Positions 27,956-33,854 of a stretch of 33,854 nt of DNA are shown piece by piece. Source of the DNA: an uncultured Candidatus Saccharibacteria bacterium. GTDB taxonomy: Bacteria; Patescibacteriota; Minisyncoccia; Phycocordibacterales; XYD1-FULL-46-19. The notes under the pieces are model-generated. The model had not been told where the DNA came from. It saw only the letters and a program-made list of their open reading frames with translations, and made no database searches. Numbering within the stretch: position 1 is the stretch's first letter; each line of letters opens with the position of its first letter. The translations under genes were made by a program, and so were the position numbers. Where the stretch lies: the NCBI GenBank assembly GCA_964625755.1, contig CAZVBR010000004.1:1-33854 (forward strand), written 5' to 3'.

Positions 27956-29407
27956 TCAGTAGGCCCTGGCAAAGAGCACTCGCTTGCCGGACGGCCGGCC
28001 GGTTTTGACACACTCCCCTTCCTCTTCTTCTTGGTCAAACGGCAAGCACCGGATCGTCGCCCCGGTCTCCTCTTTTATCTTCAATTCCACCTCTTCCTCT
28101 CCGGACCAATGAGCCAACACGAACTTGTCCGACTCGATCGCCTCCCGGAATTGATCCCAATTCTCGACCGATACGGTATTTTCCTTCAGACGGTCTTTGG
28201 CTCTGGTGTACAGATCGGTCTGGATCTCTCCCAAGAGAGAGCAAACTCTCTCGGCCAGAGAATCAAGCGGGGCCTTTATCTTCTCACCGGTATCCCGTCG
28301 TACCAGGATCGCCGAATCATCTTCTATATCCTTAGGCCCAAGCTCAACCCGAACCGGTACACCCTTTTTCTCCCAGTCATAATACTTCTCTCCCGGTCTC
28401 ATATCCCTGGTGTCCGCCTTAGCTCTTACCCCCTTTTCTTCCAAAACAGATCTCAAGTGCTCGGCTTTTTCATTGACCATTTCCTTACTCTCCTCCGATC
28501 CGGCAATCGCCGTAACTACCGCCTGGATCGAGGCCATCTTCGGTGGCAATACCAATCCCTTGTCATCACTATGGGCCATGATCAGCCCTCCGATCGTTCT
28601 GGTGCTAAACCCCCAGCTGGTCTGCCAGCCGAACTCTTTCTCGCCGTCTCGGCCCAAAAAAGTCACTTCAAACGCCTTGGCAAAATTCTGACCCAAATTA
28701 TGAGACGTCGCAAACTGGAGAGCCTTTCCGTCTTGCATCATAGCTTCAATGGTGTAAGTATAAAGTGCTCCGGCGAATTTTTCAGCCGTTGATTTCATGC
28801 CGGCGATCACCGGTATCGCCATTTCATTTTCAGTAAAATTCTTGTAAACCTCAAGCATCTGTCGAGCTCGGTCATCGGCCTCTTGTTCCGTCTCATGAAC
28901 CGTATGGCCTTCCTGCCACAAGAACTCGGTCGTTCGCAAAAAAAGCCGAGGCCTCATCTCCCAACGCACCACATTTGACCACTGATTAATCAACAGGGGC
29001 AGATCGCGATAGGAATGAATCCACCGGGAAAAAGAATCGTAAATGATAGTTTCCGAGGTCGGACGGACCACGAAAGGCTCCTCCAGTTTCTTTCCGCCGG
29101 CATGGGTCACCACTGTCACCTCCGGGGCAAAACCCTCCACGTGTTCTTCCTCTTTTTTCAAAAACTTCTCCGGAATAAAAAGCGGAAAGTAGGCATTGGA
29201 AACTCCGGTTTCCTTGAATTTTTGATCCAGATTTTTCTGAATATACTCCCAAAGAGCGTAGCCGTAAGGCTTAATGACCATGGTTCCCCGAACTGATCCG
29301 TAATCAGCCAGCTCCGCCGCCGAGATCACATCCAAGTACCACTGAGAGTAATCAACCGCCCGAGAAGTAATAGATTTTTCAAAATTTTTATTATTTTCTT
29401 TAGCCAT
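27956..29407 (-). CDS. proS: Prolyl-tRNA synthetase, archaeal/eukaryotic-like type
   Basis: YSQWYLDVISAAELADY..., class II motifs, a C-terminal Zn-binding-like domain, and a terminal ...ARAY. I chose the start at MAKENNK (29407); the track ORF (to 29536) adds 43 implausible residues. Confidence 0.95.
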   Translation of the reverse strand: MAKENNKNFEKSITSRAVDYSQWYLDVISAAELADYGSVRGTMVIKPYGYALWEYIQKNLDQKFKETGVSNAYFPLFIPEKFLKKEEEHVEGFAPEVTVVTHAGGKKLEEPFVVRPTSETIIYDSFSRWIHSYRDLPLLINQWSNVVRWEMRPRLFLRTTEFLWQEGHTVHETEQEADDRARQMLEVYKNFTENEMAIPVIAGMKSTAEKFAGALYTYTIEAMMQDGKALQFATSHNLGQNFAKAFEVTFLGRDGEKEFGWQTSWGFSTRTIGGLIMAHSDDKGLVLPPKMASIQAVVTAIAGSEESKEMVNEKAEHLRSVLEEKGVRAKADTRDMRPGEKYYDWEKKGVPVRVELGPKDIEDDSAILVRRDTGEKIKAPLDSLAERVCSLLGEIQTDLYTRAKDRLKENTVSVENWDQFREAIESDKFVLAHWSGEEEVELKIKEETGATIRCLPFDQEEEEGECVKTGRPSGKRVLFARAY

Positions 29408-29554
29408 AAAATATATCAACAAAAAATCACTATTAATACCCGATAACACAAATTTACCGTATTGTACCAAAAAAACAACCGGCCGCCTAAAACGCAGCCA
29501 ACCAAAAGCCCCGCCCCGCGAGTCAAACCGGGACAAAAACGCCGACTACCCCGA

Positions 29555-29938
29555 TCAAAGATTTTGATCCAGGAACCGTTTCAGCTTAACAAGATCCCGC
29601 TGATCGTTATCATAATGATATGATTTGATCCCCGAGATATTCGCACTTTCTACCGCCACCGGATTATGTTCAAAACACAAGACCTCTTCACTTTCAAGAC
29701 CGTATTTTGCCAAAAGCTTCTCGTAATACTCCGGACTGTCTTTTGCCGGATTACCTTTCAAAGTAAACACCTCGTACGGCACCTTATCCAAACCGAACCG
29801 GTGCATTTTTTCAGCATCGGCATTAGTCACTATGATCTTTTTATTCGGGTAACTCTTCAACAAAGAATACATCTCTTCAAAGATCCGGCCCTCTTTGTCG
29901 ACAAAACAACCCATAGCATCCACCAAAATAGTTTTCAT
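29555..29938 (-). CDS. Small HAD-like protein with a degenerate motif I
   Basis: 127 aa. ILVDAMGCF aligns to HAD motif I (hhhDxDG), but the second Asp is Met. IVTNA resembles motif II. The assignment is weak. Confidence 0.55.
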   Translation of the reverse strand: MKTILVDAMGCFVDKEGRIFEEMYSLLKSYPNKKIIVTNADAEKMHRFGLDKVPYEVFTLKGNPAKDSPEYYEKLLAKYGLESEEVLCFEHNPVAVESANISGIKSYHYDNDQRDLVKLKRFLDQNL

Positions 29939-30081
29939 GTTTTTGTTATTTAAAATTTATAATATTTCAACCTTGGAAATTTTGATCAAAATACAAACCC
30001 TAAATACCTAAAAACATCTCTGTTCACTATAACACTTTTTAAATTTAAAGTAAGACCCGGAAGATCAAAACTCAAAGACTC

Positions 30082-30110
30082 AAAAAACGGGCCCGGTGCC
30101 CGTTTTTTTT
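30082..30110. terminator. Bidirectional intrinsic terminator
   Basis: AAAAAACGGGC-CCGGT-GCCCGTTTTTTTT has a 6-bp GC-rich stem flanked by an A-run and a T-run. It lies 20 nt downstream of the minus-strand gene ending at 30130. Confidence 0.8.
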
Positions 30111-30129
30111 GACCCGTTTTGAAACAAAA

Positions 30130-30927
30130 CTAGGGCTGCAGAATATCTTCGGTTTCCCCGTCGATCGAGATCTCAACTTCCTCGATGGAATCAAATTGCA
30201 GAAGCGTGTTTTCTATCTGATCTCGAATCATAGCCACCGTAGCACTACCGGCCGCCTCCAGCCGTTCGTCAAAATCGGCAAATGCCACCCCGTCTTCGAT
30301 CAAAAAGGAATTCAAGGTCGTCCCTTCTTCAATGGCGGTTGACAGCTCATTGTCTTCCGGTCTCTCTAAAAGCTCAAGCAAAGCTGATTCTTCTTTATTC
30401 TCCGCCAGTACCTCTCTTTCAACCGGGACCACCGACTCCATCCCGTCTTCAACAGCCACAAAATAAACGTCAACCTCTGCCCTTTCATCATCGGGCTCAT
30501 CGTCCTCCATAACTGCCCGGTATTCATCATAAGTACCGTCAATAACCGCTCCGGCCACTTGACCGTCAACCACCTCAACCGAGATCGTGCGCAATCTCAT
30601 CTCTTCATCTTCCATATCCTCTTCACTCAACTCGCCAAAACCTCCGTACATCGTCTCGAACTCAAACTCCACTTCATACACCCCGTCATCGATCGGCCAA
30701 GCATCAAACGGCATTAGGTAATCACTTTCCCTTTCATTAAAGGTCACCGAATTATCCCGTATCCACTGCTCGGCCACTTCAATTGCTTCCTGTTCAGCCT
30801 CCATCTCGGCCACCCCATTTTCTTCCTCAACTTCAAGCGGTTCATCATTTTCCATACCGACAATTATAATACCGACTATCACGATCACGATCACAAGTAT
30901 TATTCCGGTTATAAATTTTTTATTCAT
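30130..30927 (-). CDS. Membrane-anchored GerMN-domain protein
   Basis: N-terminal TM segment (FITGIILVIVIVIVGIIIVG), an acidic linker, and a C-terminal GerMN-like region (VYFVAVEDGMESVVPVEREV...SATVAMIRDQIENTLLQFDSIEEVEISIDG). I prefer the start at MNKKF (30927). Confidence 0.8.
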   Translation of the reverse strand: MNKKFITGIILVIVIVIVGIIIVGMENDEPLEVEEENGVAEMEAEQEAIEVAEQWIRDNSVTFNERESDYLMPFDAWPIDDGVYEVEFEFETMYGGFGELSEEDMEDEEMRLRTISVEVVDGQVAGAVIDGTYDEYRAVMEDDEPDDERAEVDVYFVAVEDGMESVVPVEREVLAENKEESALLELLERPEDNELSTAIEEGTTLNSFLIEDGVAFADFDERLEAAGSATVAMIRDQIENTLLQFDSIEEVEISIDGETEDILQP

Positions 30928-31039
30928 ATTACTATTTATATTAACTTTTAATGCCCCCTTATTCCGTGTAACTGCCAAAAGGGTATCACGAAAAACTCCT
31001 TTTTACCAGACCCTAAAAACAACCCTTATTCAAACACTT

Positions 31040-31068
31040 AACCCCGGCACCCTCAAGGTGCCGGGGTT
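31040..31068 (-). terminator. GC-rich hairpin downstream of the DHOD-like gene
   Basis: AACCCCGGCACC-CTCAA-GGTGCCGGGGTT is a 12-bp perfect stem, 12 nt after the stop. The U-tract is weak. Confidence 0.6.
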
Positions 31069-31079
31069 AGTAGATTTGT

Positions 31080-31976
31080 CTACGACATCTTGACCATCAT
31101 TTTGGTTGGCCCCCGGGGGTTGAACAGATGAATAACCCCGAAGGAAATGGCACTGGCCCCCAGATCTCTTACGGCGACCAGGTCCTCCTCGTCCATAACG
31201 CTCGGTGCGATCACCGGGAGGCACCCCTGGATCGCAAGGCTTTCCACTGCCGCCCAATTATACTCCTGGGCCGGCTTTCCGGACACCCCTCCGCCGCCTC
31301 CGCCGACTCGACTCTGAAGAGAAAACAGGGGCGATCTTTGTCTGGGGAACACCATCTCCCACGGTACACTATTCAGGGAGATCGCTTCCGCCTCTCCTGC
31401 GATCTTCTCGGCGATCGACAGATAATCTTGTGCTACTGATAACTTTGCGATCACCGGGTGAAGCGACACATCCCGAACCGACTTAACGTCGTCGACCACC
31501 TTCTCAACTTCCTCCACCAAACCCCCGGCCAAATTGGGACAGGACAGATTCAGCTCGATCGCGGTCAGATCAAGATCATTCAAGACCTCGGTGGTCATCT
31601 CGATCAATTCCTCGCGTTCCCCGTAGATCGAAACCACTATCTGTCTTGAGAAGTCGATCCGGGGCACAAAGAACCTATTCCAGTGGACGATTCCGGGGTT
31701 ACTCAGCCCTATTTTGTTGACAGCTCCCCCGGAGATCAAACGGACACTTTCCCGGGGTTTATACCACCGGAAATTCCCGGCCCGTTTATAACGGGTGAGA
31801 GTTTTGGTAACGACGGTAAACATCTCGGGCTTGATCAAACCCGCAGCCACCAGGGGTCTCTCCCAAAACCACCCCTTGCCGTCATATGCCAAACCACCGC
31901 TGGCCACGACATTGTTGATCATGCGACCGTTTGATAGTGCGATCATAGTATTTCCTCCGTGTGCGTTGTCCACCAA
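31080..31976 (-). CDS. Dihydroorotate dehydrogenase family protein (class 1-like TIM barrel)
   Basis: IELNLSCPN signature, GGGGGVSGKP FMN/phosphate-binding loop, and a length of about 290-298 aa. An alternative start is at 31946. Confidence 0.82.
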   Translation of the reverse strand: MVDNAHGGNTMIALSNGRMINNVVASGGLAYDGKGWFWERPLVAAGLIKPEMFTVVTKTLTRYKRAGNFRWYKPRESVRLISGGAVNKIGLSNPGIVHWNRFFVPRIDFSRQIVVSIYGEREELIEMTTEVLNDLDLTAIELNLSCPNLAGGLVEEVEKVVDDVKSVRDVSLHPVIAKLSVAQDYLSIAEKIAGEAEAISLNSVPWEMVFPRQRSPLFSLQSRVGGGGGGVSGKPAQEYNWAAVESLAIQGCLPVIAPSVMDEEDLVAVRDLGASAISFGVIHLFNPRGPTKMMVKMS

Positions 31977-32109
31977 ACACTAAACCTATTGACAAGAGCA
32001 AGCTACCAAAAAACTACCACAGGTCTCACTTAAAATAAAGACCCGGACTGAAACTTCGACCGGCGCCTGAAATTAATAAATCCATCATTACCCTTAGTCA
32101 CTTCACCGT

Positions 32110-32550
32110 TCATTCTTGCTTAAGAACTAAATTCAACATACTTTTGGTGTTTTCGCCCATCTGTGGCAGATTTTCCGGGTCATACCAATCAGCCTCGATC
32201 ACTTCCTTGCCGTCAATAAAAATTGCCGGATTTGTTGCTTTAGCTCTAAAAACCGAGACGGTATCTTTTTTATACTGCTGCTCTAGATACAAAGATCCCA
32301 CCCGCTCAAGATCCTGAAGAACAATTCCGACCTCTTCTCGGCACTCACGTATCGCCGCCTCTTCAGGAGTCTCTTTTTTATCCAAAGCCCCACCCGGAAA
32401 AGTCCAGGTATCAGGATAGTAAGAAAGGCGGACCAAAAGGATCCTACCCTCACAAAATATACCCACTTTAGCGCCACGGGTATTCGGCCTTGCGATAAAA
32501 CAATATGCAATATATAAATTTCTTATCAAAATAGCCAGTCGAGTATTCAT
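32110..32550 (-). CDS. NUDIX hydrolase
   Basis: The Nudix box GGALDKKETPEEAAIRECREEVGI matches GX5EX7REUXEEXGU. I prefer the start at MNTRLAIL (32550) over the upstream extension to 32679. Confidence 0.88.
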   Translation of the reverse strand: MNTRLAILIRNLYIAYCFIARPNTRGAKVGIFCEGRILLVRLSYYPDTWTFPGGALDKKETPEEAAIRECREEVGIVLQDLERVGSLYLEQQYKKDTVSVFRAKATNPAIFIDGKEVIEADWYDPENLPQMGENTKSMLNLVLKQE

Positions 32551-32885
32551 GTTTTCAAGAATATCATATCTCAAACACAACGGGATACTCAAAGAACTAA
32601 CATAAATCACAAAAACACCCATCAAAGAATTTAAATTCCGAGAGCAAATCGACCCCGAGCCAGCAAAACAACAAGTCAAACAATATGAAATAAACTATCT
32701 TAAGGTTAAAAGGAAAAAATACATCAACTCCCTGGTTATTTAAATAACTACCCTCATCAAACCAGGAAACCTTATGTCAACTTTAAATAACAATGGGAGA
32801 TATAATTTCTGGGGAATTATAATACTAGCGACAAGTAAGTCCGACCAGCCCAAGAGTGTAACGGCAATAATTGTCACACTCTTTT

Positions 32886-33695
32886 CTACTTTGCACCTTT
32901 AAGAAAAACTCGCGAATCTCTTTTTATGATTTCATCCCAAGAAAGTTCCGGATTTCTCTCAATGTAGTTTTTTACCAACCAATATCCGACCGAATATCCT
33001 GTCCATCTTTGATACTTGTCATTTCCAAACAAAAATTCTTTGATGACTTTCTGGTCTCTGGATTCAAGAATGTCTTTTGACTCCTTCAATACATCAAATG
33101 CCTGATCTTTGGTTAAGGCTCCAGCCCACTTGCTTACTTCAGGATCAAAATACTCCTCTCTAAAGTTTTCCGCCAAACCTTCCAGCAAGACTTCATCTAA
33201 AAGAGTGTAGTTATTGAAATCATCATAATGGTGGTAATAATAGATCGTATGATTCAGTTCATGAGCCACAGTATTTTCGATAGATTTTTTTGAGTATTGA
33301 TCCAAATTTACAAACAAATGAAAAACGCAACTGTAGACTGCTACGCCCATTACACCGTCAAAAACTTTGTCGTCTTTAGTAGTAAGGTAAGGATGAACAA
33401 AAATAAAATTTTTAGTTGGAACAGGCAACTTTTCATTGCACTTCTCAATGGTTTCTGAAATTATTTTTTCTATTTCCATCTTCTGCCCTTCAGAGATCTC
33501 TTTATATTGCTCAACACTTCCATCTCCAATGTGGTCTAATAAACCCTGTTTTAGCGAATCGACATCTGCATAACCGGAATAACCAACGCTCTCATTCTCT
33601 TTTATTAGAGAAACAATTGAATCCGCTATTTCTTTTTTGTCCTTAAACTCTCCGCTTGGAAAATAAAATTCAATTTGTGACAAGTCCTTATTCAT
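32886..33695 (-). CDS. Putative Zn-metalloprotease with an HExxH motif (DUF2268-like)
   Basis: 269 aa with a VAHELNHTIYYYHH motif followed by LLEGLAENF. GC is about one third, clearly more AT-rich than the rest of the window. Confidence 0.75.
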   Translation of the reverse strand: MNKDLSQIEFYFPSGEFKDKKEIADSIVSLIKENESVGYSGYADVDSLKQGLLDHIGDGSVEQYKEISEGQKMEIEKIISETIEKCNEKLPVPTKNFIFVHPYLTTKDDKVFDGVMGVAVYSCVFHLFVNLDQYSKKSIENTVAHELNHTIYYYHHYDDFNNYTLLDEVLLEGLAENFREEYFDPEVSKWAGALTKDQAFDVLKESKDILESRDQKVIKEFLFGNDKYQRWTGYSVGYWLVKNYIERNPELSWDEIIKRDSRVFLKGAK

Positions 33696-33854
33696 AGCTT
33701 TATACTAACAAAATAAAAAAGGGGCGGGAACTTGGTTAGAGCCCGTTACAAGAGTCAAAATCCTCTGAATCGCTGAGCATATTCGCTCCGTAGCCGCTGG
33801 TTCCCCAATACCCGAAAACCATCGGCGCAAGACCGGAGCAATTAAGCGGACAAT

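Noticed and set aside
27896-28792. 298-aa plus-strand ORF antisense to proS
   Set aside because: It lies entirely inside the strongly supported ProRS gene. It is low-complexity (L/R/S/P-rich) and has no recognisable motif or RBS. It is a typical shadow ORF.
32735-32748. Perfect 14-bp palindrome GTTATTTAAATAAC
   Set aside because: In AT-rich sequence, a few 14-bp AT palindromes are expected by chance in 34 kb. It has no second copy and no obvious positional relation to a promoter.
33704-33854. GC-richer tail of the window, tested as tmRNA (GGGGCGG... start), RNase P RNA, or a partial CDS
   Set aside because: It lacks the conserved GGATTCGAC-type tmRNA motif and the RNase P GGAAAGTCCGGGC motif. 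One minus-strand frame stays open for about 50 codons to the window edge (ending ...VPAPFLFC*, stop about 33704-33706), but that length is compatible with chance. It cannot be resolved without flanking sequence.

Overview
This window looks like a mostly housekeeping chromosomal stretch from a reduced-genome bacterium. The gene content suggests a Patescibacteria/CPR (Parcubacteria-like) organism: a divergent GroEL, archaeal-type ProRS, an AspRS without the GAD insertion, a type IV pilin, an orphan membrane-anchored substrate-binding protein, and many DUF membrane proteins. That placement is inference only, because the window has no rRNA. I can support about 34 protein genes, one tRNA-Ser(GGA), and several intrinsic terminators and promoters. 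I found no CRISPR array, transposase, integrase, rRNA or recognisable defence genes, and standard code 11 fits every long ORF. Recognisable genes are the lemA-htpX membrane operon, groES-groEL, secG, a family-5 SBP, RNase J, an MFS transporter, a UvrD-type helicase fused to a Cas4/AddB-like nuclease, a GatB/YqeY protein, DUF389, mpg, pcm, an AI-2E transporter, pterin-4a-carbinolamine dehydratase, an alpha/beta hydrolase, aspS, a DUF2914-like membrane protein, a CaCA antiporter, a SpoU methyltransferase, Smr, an HD hydrolase, proS, a GerMN protein, a DHOD-like protein, Nudix and an HExxH protease. Four things stand out. (1) A GC-rich, compositionally foreign gene at 23067-23831 encodes a secreted protein with a textbook PEP-CTERM (exosortase) sorting signal. 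It has a consensus promoter and a roughly 230-nt structured leader, converges on the pilin gene, and no exosortase is in the window. (2) GATC is strongly over-represented across the backbone genes, except in two islets: about 22.69-24.36 kb, whose right edge falls inside the pilin gene, and about 32.9-33.7 kb. (3) An orphan plus-strand terminator at 24465-24501 implies antisense transcription across the pilin gene. (4) Smaller oddities include hyperstable GCGAAGC mini-hairpins trailing the tRNA and an unannotated 41-aa zinc-ribbon microprotein.
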